DNA from: Raillietiella orientalis
Taxonomy: Eukaryota
DNA: 64,000 bases
Direction of reading: 5' to 3'
Assembly: GCA_036172245.1 (NCBI GenBank)
Contig: JAYWIR010000020.1
Location: 2,046,001-2,110,000, forward strand
Made by a program: the position numbers and the translations under genes. Positions within the stretch are counted from its first letter, which is position 1. Every line of letters starts with the position of its first letter. Shown piece by piece: positions 11,884-25,000 of the stretch. Under the pieces are notes generated by a model. That model did no database searches, had not been told where the DNA came from, and saw only the letters and a list, made by a program, of their open reading frames with translations.

Positions 11884-11908
11884 ACTGAAGTCAGATTGAG
11901 CAAATATA

Positions 11909-13780
11909 TCATTCTATTTTGTATCGGCGACTGAATTCCTCCTGCATCTTCTCCTTCCATTCCTTCTTAACTTTCATACGCTTCAGTTGTCCATCCCTGA
12001 GAGAATTATTTTCAAATATATCCAGAAAATAGCTCTTGTTTACCAAAGCAGATCTACCATGCCCCCTTTCATAGCAATTGCCCTCTTGACTCGATTGGCA
12101 AACTGTACAGCTGTCTCATCTTGTTGTTGTGTCATAGGGGGTAGATACCACACATCACAGACTACAGCCCAACTGGTCATCAGCCGGAATAAATGCATGG
12201 CATATCCATACCGACTACTGTCCCAAAATGCATCTCCAAAGCGCTGATCATACTAAATGTCTATTAATTCCAGCAAAAAACAAACTGTTCTACCTTGATA
12301 GCCACTGGATACATGACACTACCCACCTCAAAGCTGCCCTTTTTGAACATCATTACAGATGTGTTGTTTATACATGTCCCTTCTGGAAAAATCAAAATAG
12401 GTAAACTGTCAGGTTGACTCAGATGTTCTTTGAGCAGATTGACCACTGTATGTCGGTCTGAACTCTCTGATCTGTCAAACCAGATATGATCAGACGCTCT
12501 TGACAAGGCTTGCTCCATCAGCCCCAAAAGGCCTCCATGTTTCTGTCCAATCTACTTGGTAGGCAATGTACCATAAATCTGGAGCATGAACTACCAACCA
12601 GTGCAAAGTTGCTTTTGCATCCTAGCACAAGCGAATCAATAGGAGATGTATGGTTGGCGACACAGATGCCATGTTTAGGCAAATTTTCTAGGTTGTGGTA
12701 GCGAGCATGCAATGTTACTGAGTGAGACAGAATGTGAAAGCTAGCCTGCATGGCTAACACATTGGCAGACCTCTTCAATTTTCCTGGAGGCAGCAAGCCA
12801 ACAAGAGCTGTAGAAACAATCATGCAGCCCAACTACAGTTCTAATGAGATACACTGTTTATTGACAACTTACCCCCAAACCTAGCAAACATAGTCTGAAA
12901 GGGAAAAAAACGAAGTAACGAACCAGAAATCCTAATCCCCACAGAATAGTCAGTCTAATGCTCATGTATTCATAGAAACAGTTGGTTCGTGTCAACAGAT
13001 TCCAACTCTGAAAAGCATGGTTCAATTCGATAACCATTTTTTTTTTTTTTTTTGAAATCAATACCCCTAATTCATCTACATCAAAGCAACGGGTAACTTC
13101 ATCATCAATGATGGTTTGTAACCCACTTTGGATGTACTCAAGGCAATCCTCCAAATTGAACTTCCTCTAAATTACAAAAAAACCCTATAAACTAACTTCC
13201 ATCTACAATAAAGCTCACTATAAAAACATGAATGCTAACCCACCAAATCAGTATCAGAACAATGGGCAGTTTTCTTATCAGTAACTTCTTCACCAGTTAC
13301 TTCATTTTCCCAAAGAATACTACTAATTGCTCTTGGAGCTGGGGCATCATTATCTTCTTCTTCTTCTTCTTCATTGTCAAATTTATTACGAGCATTTTTT
13401 TTCCGCTTGGCTATTTCAATCTTCTCTCTTCCACTCTAGAAGGTTATTTTATCATAACACGAACTAGTGCATAAATTTGAATGAAATGAAACTAATCCCT
13501 TATGGCTATGCATTTTTTTTTTTTTTTAAGACATGCATTTTTGTTCTGAATAGTCAGAAACAGCTGAATTATCTACTTATATTTATTTCATTATAAACAG
13601 ATAAAAGTGATTTTTTAAACACTTCAAAAATTTGCAAATTACCTCAAAGAGCTTCAAGATGGCAGAAATATACAAATCTTTAAGGCCAGATGAAATTCCA
13701 AATAATGCACATACAATAATAAAAAACATGATCATGCTATAAAAAATAAAGAACAAATAAACTCCATGTTTTGCATCCAT
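11909..13780 (-). CDS. GPAT4: Microsomal glycerol-3-phosphate acyltransferase (GPAT3/GPAT4, AGPAT6-like), 8 exons, about 451 aa
   Basis: N-terminal hydrophobic helix, then SWNLLTRTN, catalytic NHTSPID, WFDRSE, LIFPEGTCINNTSVMMFKKGSFE and WDGQLKR. Introns: 13436-13642, 13167-13243, 13008-13064, 12833-12872, 12552-12598, 12253-12293, 11997-12043. GPAT3 versus GPAT4 orthology cannot be resolved here. Confidence 0.93.
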
Positions 13781-14559
13781 TTTGAAGCATACTTCTAAAT
13801 GAACAAATATTCCATTAGGATTATAAGCTTTGCTTATAAAAGTATTAATGAGAAAGTTCAAGCTTCAAGAAAATGAAAGTACTTGATATTTGGCAGTTTG
13901 TTACATTTTTTATATTTTGAATCTTCGACCTATAAATCAAATATAAAACATTAATGAATGAAATAAACAGCAAAAATAAATAGCTCATAAATACGGATTT
14001 TCTCCATTTTTCCCATGAAAATAGAAAAATAACTTTTAAAACGATTGTCACTAAAACACTGAAATGATATGGTAAATATTCATTACACACTTCCAACACA
14101 ATACACACAAGCAGATTGTAAAGTGATATTTTGCATAACTTTAACTAGAAAAGCACCTTGAATTGTATGCAAAAACAAAAGCCCACTGCAATAAGGAGAA
14201 CTGCATAGCATCATGCAAGGCTGATATCCTAAAACTCTATTATGGCGACCCCACTAATAGACTTTCTCAGACGTGTTCAAATGGAGTACACATCAGAAGT
14301 GTATGAAAATTACACTTACTGCTACAGCTATTAATAATACACTAATTGGGTTACAGTTAATAGTACACTAATGCGCGTAATCTTACATAACAAATGCATG
14401 TATGCCTGGCGTACTTTCTACTACTCTTAATTTTTAAATAAGAACCAAATCTACTACCCTCACACCAGATCCAAAATTTCGTCTGCACGCTCAGCTGGTC
14501 AAATTGAATTCAAATAGTAAGCACATAGCAAGCATGTCAAGTCTTAAAGGAAGCATTTC

Positions 14560-14990
14560 TGGAAAGCATAAAATGGATTTCCACGGTAATCTTGAGACTT
14601 TGAGATGGTCGTCGGAACCCATAGATGAAAATTTCGAAACATTTTAAATTTACTTCACTGCCGAAATCGTATGCTTCGTTTTTTAAACAGGCGATTCGAA
14701 CGTTTCCCAATTGATCTGGAAAACTTCCAGGTGCCAATGCTGATGCCTTGCTTTCATTCTTGGCATTTGAAGGTTACAAAATTCGGAAAAAACGTGAACC
14801 GTCTGTTTTCATCTCTTCCAAACGCAGCAACTCCAGCAAGCTCCTCAATTAAGTGTGTTGATGGATGTGTTCCTTGCAGGGATAGGACAGGAGTCCAAGG
14901 ATACATGGACTCTGCGAGGATCACGGAGTCCCTCGCGTCTCGGAGGGAGATGAGTAAATCAGGACGAATGACTTGAGAAGAAGGACGGCT
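14560..14990 (-). mobile_element. Decayed restriction-like endonuclease (REL) region of a non-LTR retrotransposon
   Basis: Minus frame IRPDLLISLRDARDSVILAESMYPW resembles RPD.V......VILIELT.PW. Downstream VNLKCFEIFIYGF resembles V....IEVG.RGF. Confidence 0.35.
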
Positions 14991-15149
14991 GGCAAAGAAT
15001 GCTAATCAAAAGCCTTAAGGTCAGCTTAGTTTCAGTTTCTAACTTATATTCAAAATCAGAACTATCAAAACAAAGATTATGACGAATTTTATGACCATCA
15101 CAGTGACGGTAGTCAGTAAATTCTAAACATCCATTTTACCACGTAAACC

Positions 15150-15430
15150 CTTGCAAAACCTTTCAAATGAGGGGTTTAACTTAAAAAATGGTGCTCCGAG
15201 TCATAAATTAGTAATGGAAACCACTTTTCATTCAATATTTAAAGGATTTGATGATTTCACCACCTCAGTTGTTGCTAGAAATCAATTTACCTTTAACGTG
15301 CACAAATTTTTGCTATGCCTTGAGAAAACTGGTTCCTCCTTGGAGTTCCTCATTAACCTATAAACAAGCAGGTTCAGATATTCAGATGTATTCGTACGGA
15401 CATGCAGGAGTATTCTTTAGAATTAGAGAT
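15150..15430 (+). mobile_element. Decayed LINE RT fragment
   Basis: GFDDF...LEKTGSSLEFLINL...YSYGHAGVFF resembles FADD...L...G..LGL.IN..K...YKYLGV. Confidence 0.35.
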
Positions 15431-16022
15431 TACGCACTCATTTGTGCAAGCATTGGTTTCTATGAGCATCCATATATCCAACAATCTCCTCAAGTAATTT
15501 CCTTCGAGTTCATTTTGGAAAACTCAGAATTTTGAAATGAAAAAGAATTTGTACACAAGTGATTTTTATGTACATTTTGACATTTCTAGATGACAGTTTC
15601 CTTGCAATGAGAATAACAATTCACCTCTTAAGTTTCCAACTGCTGCAATTTTGGAGTTTCTTTTGCACTTGATTTTTTGAACCTCTGATTTTTCAAAGTC
15701 TCCAATATTTCCGATCAAATATTCGTGTTGTGTGTTTTTACCTTAAATCGGGTTCAAGGAAGGCAAAAAAAATTCACAAATAAAAGCGCATCATGAATTT
15801 TCGTTTGAAATAAAGGCTAGAAAATTTCCCTTATCTTTCACTGATAAATCATATGTGAAGAAAAATGTGTCTGTAAAGGTCAATAATTTAAGATTGCCTC
15901 TAAGTGAGATCTATGAAGAAAGCTTTTAAACGAGAAACAACAACGAAACGAAATGGTGAAGTCTCGAAAAAACAGTAGCAACATCGAAGACTAAGGAAAA
16001 AAAAAGTACATCCTGCTGTAAT

Positions 16023-16061
16023 CTGCATTTTGCCAATAAATTCTTTATTGGCAAAATGCAG
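16023..16061. repeat. Perfect inverted repeat (18-bp arms, 3-nt loop)
   Basis: ctgcattttgccaataaa-ttc-tttattggcaaaatgcag. Confidence 0.9.
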
Positions 16062-18956
16062 TATCAAAAATGCTGACAACCGTTTTTGCTTAGATTACCG
16101 TAGTTTGTAACAGCACGGAAGAGCAAGTTCATCTCACTGAAAAGAGAAATCAACATGAAAAGCAATTAAAACAATACTAAAATAACAGACTCCGAAATGA
16201 AACAACGGAACAACACATAAACAAAACAAAAAAACTCGAATTAGAGCCCACATCCGAGAAACCCCATTGCGATGATCTCTTCGATAGAGAAAAACATTGC
16301 GGTGATTGAGAGCTCAGCATTCCAAAGGGAAAGGATGAATCTCAAAACAGGCCGAAGTTTCACTTTAGATTTGGCGGGGAGGAAAACACGTACACACACA
16401 CACACACAAGACCTGCTTATCTTGGAAAAGGTATTGAACAATAAAAATTCAAGAGTCAAAATATGTAAAAATGCGATGCTACTAGTTTTTTTCATCATGT
16501 GACTCGCAGCAGGGATGCAAGGACCACAACGGAAACATCGAAAATCATCTACAATATCCTTCAAAAAGTAAGGAATTTGGAGAGTCCCAGAAATAACGTT
16601 TGCGATTTTTGATAAGGAATGGAAATGACAAATGCACAGTAGAAGACGTTTACGGATAGTTTCGGGTAAGATTTGAATTCAAAAAAACCTGAACAGTTTT
16701 GAGAAACTTTTGAAAAGAATTCACGGATTAGAAGAAGCAAACCCACTACGGCTCGATTCAAATGCTAATTAAACATGGAAAAGTGCTGAAAATGCGTTAC
16801 GTGGAAAAAAGGGATTACCGCTTAGTTTGAGAACACTTGTTCTTCTCATGAGGATCTGAAAAATCAAAATAAAATGTGAAAGTAAGATAAGAAAATGGTA
16901 TTACTGGTGAGTACTTAAGTACATGGTTTGCATAATTAAAAATCTCAAAGTTTTCATGGACTAGCCAAAGTATTTCCATCTATAACTATAATGTAGGGAA
17001 TTGCATCGATAAGACGAGAAATAAGGCAGTGTGAAATGATTGATTGCAAATAAATAATCGTTTCGATTCATCTTGATGGATATTCCTGGGATCAGTTTAG
17101 GCAGGAGAAAAAATCAGTGTATCTTAAATTTGGTAACTGACTTGGGAAATTAAATAGCTGATCTACGCATTTCCTCACAGTTCGATGTGTTAAATTCCAT
17201 TTCAAGTAAAAGCTGTGAAAAGAGAAAAAATTGTGTCGAACTGGATGAGGTTGGAGATTTACTTGGATCACAGAAGTTGCTTTTTATTTGAAAAACTGAT
17301 TGCGGCTTCGTGATGAAAATCATGGTAAACAGTCATGAAACGTGTGGTGTGCATCCTAATTCCAGTTGAGGGTTTTACAACGTTTCCCATTTGATTGCAC
17401 TTTCACAGTTTGAGGACCCACGTGCAAACTTTAAAAAATCGAAACTTACCCCTACCGTGTTCGTGAGATAAAAACTCTGCAGAAAACACTCAAGAAACAG
17501 TACTGCACAGCGGGAGTTGACCTCAAAATAAGCCCAACAGCTGGGACTTTTATTAAAAGTATCGATGACGATGGAGTCTTGTATACTTTTGGTGAATAGG
17601 TGGTTCGATAAGTATCAATCAGTAAGAAAAAATTTCCAAGCGTACAGTTTTCTAACTGTTCATTCACTCTCAGCAAATGCATTTTCAGATAGACGTTGTA
17701 GACTTTTGGTATATGCAGAACACATGCAATGTCATCAGTACCTGGAAAATTACTTTTGCTTTAATGACACGATTGTATTTGCTTGTATTTTTATCTCATG
17801 GAATGTGCAGAATAGTTCGTACGGAGGGATCGTACATCATGCGTTTATGTGTACCAACGTGAGCAGTGTTCGTGCCGATAAAGAGGAGAATAAGAATAAA
17901 ATTCAAGCTCCTGAACGACGAACCCAATGGGTTGGTTGAGCCCAACTAAGGATAACAAAAAGTAAGGATAAATTGCAGGATTCGAGAAGAGCGAGCACTT
18001 ATGGAAGGATAAGGATGGATTTGAAATCTGAAGGGAATCCACGAAAGAATGTCCCCCCCCCCCGCATCTTATGCGGGAACATCGATATTTGAGAAAAGTG
18101 TTCTTCTTCATGATTATAAGGAATGAGATTTGGATAAGCGTTCCAAACGAAAGCAAATTTTCACAAACATCCCCTACACGAAAGAAAGTAGCAAAGTAAA
18201 AAGATGCCTAGCAACAAGGAGTACATCCAAAAAAAACTCATGGGAGAGCTTCTCTATGGAAGCATTGCCACGCTGTTACAGATTCTCGCATCTCGAAAGC
18301 GTAGCCCAGTTTTGGATTTCAGAATTTTCAGAATTTCTGCGCTTCATACCTTAAAAGTTCCCTTTAACCTGACTGCCATCCGAAGAACTCAACATATTTC
18401 ACCTTTGGGTCGTTTTCACATGCCAACTGCCTTCGTTGAGGCTATAAGTGAACGCAACGAGCCGTTTTTTTCCCTTCTTCTCTCATACCACGGAGAAAGA
18501 TGAATCATCCCATTTTATGATGAGTTTCCAAATGCCGCGACTGGGGACTACTTTCTGGGAATGGAGACGCCAATCTTCTTGGGCGAAAGTCGCCACAGTC
18601 ATCCACGGACGGACACACACCATGAGGACGCACATCCATGAACCTCTATATATTGTACATACATACACATGTCTAAATACCGTTGCTGCCAATCACTATG
18701 CAGCATTGTGCTGTGCTCTATTTTTATTTAAAATTCTTATTTGTACAGCACCGTACTAATTTTTTTTTAAATCTTTTGTGGGGATCTCAGACGATCTGCG
18801 ATCGGGCGGTTAGTAGACCGGGAGTTAAGTATACGGGGAGTAATATGGCAGTGTGGTATAACACACAGCTTACAGGAAAAAAGTTCCTGTAAAAGAAAAA
18901 AAAAAGGAGATTTTGCGTGTAATTCCTGTGGACTGAACGGAAAAGCAAAAAGGGTT

Positions 18957-19029
18957 TGGAGGCGCCGGGTATCGATCCCGGTACCTCTCGCATGCTAAGC
19001 GAGCGCTCTACCATCTGAGCTACGCCCCC
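18957..19029 (-). tRNA. tRNA-Ala (anticodon AGC)
   Basis: GGGGGCGTAGCTCAGATGGTAGAGCGCTCGCTTAGCATGCGAGAGGTACCGGGATCGATACCCGGCGCCTCCA, 73 nt. Cloverleaf intact, no encoded CCA, and a Pol III T5 terminator a few nt downstream (18947-18951). Confidence 0.97.
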
Positions 19030-22000
19030 TGCTATGGTTAGCATCTCTTAAAGATGCTATATATAATAATCTTCCTTACGTATATTTTAAGGAGTACTTC
19101 CCAATACACGGGTCCAGCAAGTGCCGCGGTAGTTTTGCATTCGCACTCTTCCCTGGGAAAAAGTGAAAATTCTCGTTTCAAAAATATCCTTGAAATGACA
19201 CGATTTTCTTTGCAGTCGGTTTCATGCTTGGTGTTTCACTTATACCCCTTGTCCGCAGCGCATTCTTGCTCTTCGCGCCCCCGGACTGCTGCCTCCACCT
19301 AAGACTTTCTTTCAGGAACACCTGGTGTTCCAAAGATCAGTTTCTCAAAGATCCTCCTAATGCAGAAGTACTTTTAAAACGACTCCTGAAAATTGCGGTG
19401 CTATCGTTCCAAGTAATGACAAATTTCCATCCGATTTCAACGTGCCACAAAGAGCACTTCTCATTTGCATAAGCAGTCTTGCTCAACCATCTCTAGTCAG
19501 AGGAGCATTCATCCACAGTTTCAATATAACATAATGATGATAACATAAGTTGCAAGACCATATATATAGGTTGCAATTCACGGCATGAAAACGTGAGACC
19601 TCGTGATAGAAAATAAATAAAAAATAAATTAATTTTTCAGCTTTTAAGGATAATTCTGGATAAGCATTTGGGGAGGAAGCATCATTTCTTTCGTGAAAGG
19701 AAATACGAATTGAAGAGAGGTGCACGATTCAAAAGTTACTCAGCATTAGGAAAAATCGAGGTCACCTTACATTACGAAGCCTCAGTAGTCAACTTCAGGG
19801 AAGTTGCTGACTTCTTTCACCATGTACACTTGGAAAAACTAGCAAACGACCACACATGTTTGACATCCTCCAACGGCTGCAATATACTTCTCTACCATTT
19901 GAATCACATTGCGTGCAATTCAACTTGCACTCAACTTTTTGACCAACTTCCTCTCTCAGCTTGTAGATCGTAGATCAAAGTTAATTTAATAACAAAAGAA
20001 TGCATTAAAATGTGATGATTCAAAGAGTCATGTGCCTCCTTGGATCGATGATCTAGGGATCTCTTGAATGCGTTTCTGACACGAATTATGATGCCGCTGC
20101 ACTGAAAACAGGAAAAAAAAATTGACAGAGATTCACAAACCAGTCAAGGAAAAGTCGCAGCAAGTGAAAAAAGATTCAAGGTTCCGAGGGGAAACGCAAA
20201 CAGCACATACGAAGCGGTATGGAACACCCAACTTTAGGTTTTTCTGTTTATTGATAATTGTGGATTTCCTATTTTAAATATTGGTCGTCCCGATCTACCC
20301 TCGTCTTACGTTAAGCAATCCAACCCTTATAAGATATAACACTGTGAACATGTCTTGTGCCAATCCTGCATTGCTAACGCTCTTCCTACATTTATCCGAT
20401 GGAAAATTTCGGTTTCAGAAATCGAAGATTAATACACGATCTGCCACGTGCATAGGCAATGCACGTGATGCACAGTCAGCTTCCAATAAAATGCAGCGGT
20501 GTCCAATAAAAATCCGGTTTGGAAGAAGTGACTGCATGCCTTGAGGCCGAGGTCGCAATGTGCGTACAATGCGATACATCCTAAGTCATGAGCTGTATAG
20601 AATAAGCTAGTATGTTTTAAATGAAATGTATCAGATAGCCTTAGACTAGCAGCTAGCAGCATTCTGTTTTAAAATAATTAACAGATTCTCGATTGCAGTG
20701 AGAAATGAAGACTTGGTATAGGTAATGCTGAGGTTTGCTGAGGGAAAGAGTCAAGAAGGATGTCATGTTGCTCAAAGAATAAGGTCTAAGGCCTCATTAG
20801 TTAGCTCAAAGTAGATTGGAAAATGAAAAATAATGTGACACCCCTTCTTTCCTTCTTTTGGCCCTATAGAGGAAACGAAAATGGATCTCTAAGTCTTCTA
20901 GGCCATCATCATTCGGCAGAACTTAAATTAATAAATGCATTCTTTGTCTTCACTTATCCAGATGATCACTCGTTTACGTCAAGAACCGAGAGGACCCCTT
21001 GGTCCCATTGATTACTAATAATGAATACATTGTCATCCAGGTCAAGACTTTAAATTCATGCATGCTTGCCACGTTTTCGACCTGCTTCTTGTCTCAAGGT
21101 TCATGATGTTTGAACGATAGAACTTTCGTCAACCTTTCCACAATTGTTCGTTTCACCAAATCTTTTCTTGGGAATATGTATGTGCCAACACACATCATAT
21201 CATATTTTCAAGAAAGGAATGCAATGACAACTGCTTGCAAAAAAAAAAAAAGGTGTTGCCAACTACAGTCACCTTCCTTTAACTTAAACTTCATTATTTG
21301 CAAATTGGAAACGCAAGCAAATCATAGAAATTGCCTCGCGTTTTTTCAAATTCAGGGACTATTCAGTTATCTTAATGAAAACGGCCAAGAGGCACAGTCG
21401 AAATTTTTCCCTATAATATAGTCAACATAAGGAGCAAAAATGTATCGCATTTGCTTTCTCAGATATGCATCTTTTCCCCGCGTTCGAGAATTTAGAGTTT
21501 CCATCTTTTTAGGGTTCGATTTTTTCACATGTTGATACCACATGCGAAGGATCTGATGCAATTATACCAATTGGAAAGTGCTTTGCATATACGCAAATGA
21601 TCAAGCCAATGCATGCAGCCTTTATATTTAGGCCCGCTTTCCTTCGTAACTAGTAGCTTTAACATTCTAACATTTTAAACACAGGAGCCGTAATCAACTT
21701 TATTGCTCCTAGTATATAATTCAGCAACGCAAAAATTGTGCGCAAAGAATAACAAAAACAAAAACAACGAATAAAAAAAGGATAATAAATGGTGAACGAA
21801 GTCTACATCTCTGGGTCGAAGTCGCATCAGTTCGAAACGTTTGGCAAGTAGAAGAATCACCCTCATCTGGACATGGGAGAGTTGCTTTTTTGATCTAAAT
21901 AAGCTTTATATTTTAAAATTGCAATCGAAATGGAATTTTGGCTGAATAAGCTTCGAGATTTTCTCGATTTGATATGGCCAAAGAAACTGCACGAATTCTG

Positions 22001-25000
22001 CAATGAACTCTTTTTCACTTGGCAATACCATGCCTAAGGCATAGTTGCAATCCATTGCAACTGTTGACGCATCTTGCGTGGTCTCTCTTTCTCAAATGTA
22101 ATGCGAAACTCCAACCCCTAGAGATGAAATAGAAGTTATTTATGGATCGTCCTTGCTTCAAACATAATGGTGTCACTTCCGTTTCAAAATCTGATACCAG
22201 AGGTACCAAATTTTCTTCTGCTAACCCAAAACCAAGGTGAATAAAAAGGTCACCTCCACCAACGCGGTGTATGCACAAGAGAAGGTAGATGCGAAACACG
22301 AGCACTGTGTTAGTCCCCAACCAAAGTGTTCATCTAGATCAAAGTATTCTTTCGCTTGTAAGAGAAAGCATTGCAATGTAACGAACATGATCATGAAATG
22401 ACTCCCTCGAAGGTAAAATGGATAACAAAGAAAGTGACAAGTAGAAAAAATCGCAAGAAAAAAAAGAAAAGAAAAGAATGGAATATTTATTTCGAGAAAA
22501 CAACTTGTACAAAAATATAAGAAAGTAATGCAAGTTTCAGTCTCGATGAAAATAAGAGATTGCTGGAAAGCGACGACCCAAAAAAAAAATCCGTCATAGT
22601 TACGATTACCGTTGTAGTTGCTTTTTTTTAGTTTTCGTGGTTTTAGTTTTTAACTATTTTCTCAGCTGGGTCAGAGTAAGACTGAATGCGTAGGAAGTCA
22701 GCAATTCCCTGAATCTTTCAGTGTCCATTAAATAAGTCTCAGTGCTGATCAGACTTGATTATAAGAATGAAGATAAGGGATATGAATAATTTTAAAAGTA
22801 ATAAATACATTTGGAGGTATAAGAAATACAGTTTCCATCCGTAAAACTCTAATTAGACATGGTATCAGTTGTTTCAGAAAATATAAAGAAACAGTGAATT
22901 ACATGGGCACATTCATGAATCTCTATTTTTTTCTTTTCTATAAGTGCATACGATATTTTTTTATCAAGTTGCCAACGTGCTCATAAGTATTATGTGTATG
23001 TGCTCAACATTAAAAAGTGCAAATTACACAAAGTTCGGAAAACTAAACTGATTCTTCACAAAAAGTGTACCTTCTGAAAGAATTTTGTAGCTTTCCTAAC
23101 ACTCCTTGCACCATTCGGCCTTCAATTATTCTTGTAAGAAATTTCTGTTTGTGAAAAAAAGTCTTTTAAATGGTAGTGGCTAAACTGCTGAGGACTGTCA
23201 CTTAAAATCTCAACATCTGAATCAAATGAGTTGTCCTTTGAAACTTTATCAAGTTGCACCAACAATGAAAGAAATGATAAGTCTGCTACGCAGTATTTTT
23301 CAATCGGAGCATTCAGAAAGCATTCCCAGTTATTACTTATCGAAGTTGAGGAACAATTCCCGAAGCCATCAAGACCATTAAAATTCCTGGTGGGTTTCAT
23401 GCTACCAGAATGCACATGAGTTGTGAGGTATAAAATAGTCGAAAAACCAAAATTTGTAGCTCGAAAAAAAACCTCCCGTGCATTATTTCGGCTCCAAAAT
23501 CTTCGAGTTTTTAAAATATGCAGCAGCACCGAAAGGAAAACTAAATCTAAGATATCAATCATGTGTACACTGTTGCATCGGCGAGGTTCTGGCTTCTTGT
23601 CAGCTTTGCATTGTCCTTATTGTGAACTGTATTAAAGAGAACAAAAAAGAATATTCTACGAGAATCCTTCTATCTAAAACATACACGATACTTACATAAA
23701 AAGTACAGCGCTTTCCCGGATTTGATTTTGTTATACTCTTTTTCATCTCAAAAACACGGACCCCTTCATCTGGTTGCATTCGGTTCAAGTCTCCGGCCTT
23801 CCAAGATTTCTCCTTGGCACATCGTCCTTCCAGCTCGGTTTGCCATCGCTCCGTGTTTATTGCTTCTTCTCGATTCACGAAGACGGTCCAGAAGGAAGAA
23901 ATGAGGTCTATACATTCAAGCCAACCTAGGTGCGTAGCGCAGGAAAGAACTTTCAGATGGGTGTCCTCAAACACTTCCGGTTTCAAGGTTCCGATTTTCT
24001 AGGGACAAAAAGATTTTCGTTCAACTGAATCTTTCACAATCTCTCGAAATTTTCACATCCTCATTTATAATCAATCTTTGCCATTTCTTTTCATCCTTGG
24101 GGTCGCGCTATCATGAAAACAGGTTTAGAAGAACGGCGACCCTACATAGGAAATCTTCACTAAATGCTTTGCATTAATGCTTCACTAATGCACGTTTTGT
24201 GCAATTGCAAGTTCCACATCTCAATTCTGAAAAACCTGATGAGAAAACCAGTTTGTTTCCCCGATGTAGATGGTTATTCCATGGCAATGACACTGAAACA
24301 CTGCATTTCCGATTGAATTTCCCGACCCCGGAAACCCGATTCCTTCATCCTGGGATTAGGTTGAGGTCCATTTCTTAGACAACAGAGCATCAATTAGAAT
24401 GACGTTTTCGATGTCGAATTCAGTGCCTCACATATGAAACTAACCAACTGACACATTTCGAACTTAATGTCGATATGTTAGTACTTAGTCACTACGAAAC
24501 GGCACAAAATCATCTTCAAATTTCTCAGGATTAGATGCTCTGATAGTTCTGAGTTGAAATTATTAATGCATCAGCGCATGTGTGTGCACATGTGTTTTGT
24601 GTTCCAAATCAATGTGTTAAATTTCTGGGAAGTGTTCAGCCAACTTTGTTTTAGTTCTCATTAGCTTTTCATTTAGCATTGGATTTTATTTCCAGCTTTT
24701 GAGTTTCATGTTATATGAATCACCTGTCTCCTACAAATCATATGCTTGGCATTGCATGTATTAGACATCTGAAATTTGCTTTTCCAGAAGCAGGAGAGAA
24801 AAAAAAGAGAGAGAGAGAAAACACACACACACACACGCCGAACTACAAGTTCTCGTGACTAGGAAGCATTTGAAAATTATTCTTCGAGTCAGGAGTGTTT
24901 AAATGAGCAGCTTTTAATCGGATAACACGTATTGCTTGCATTTCCGCAGACATCATTTATTTTTTTGCTATAAAAATATGGGTGCTGTCCTTCCTTCGCC

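Noticed and set aside
13197..13202. 6-nt micro-exon (ATGGAA) within the 77-nt GPAT intron
   Set aside because: It would leave a 30-nt intron, below the smallest seen here (37 nt), and it is not needed for the frame.
19600..19720. hAT/Charlie C-terminal motif YPELSLKAEKL
   Set aside because: A single short motif with no TIRs or further conserved blocks.
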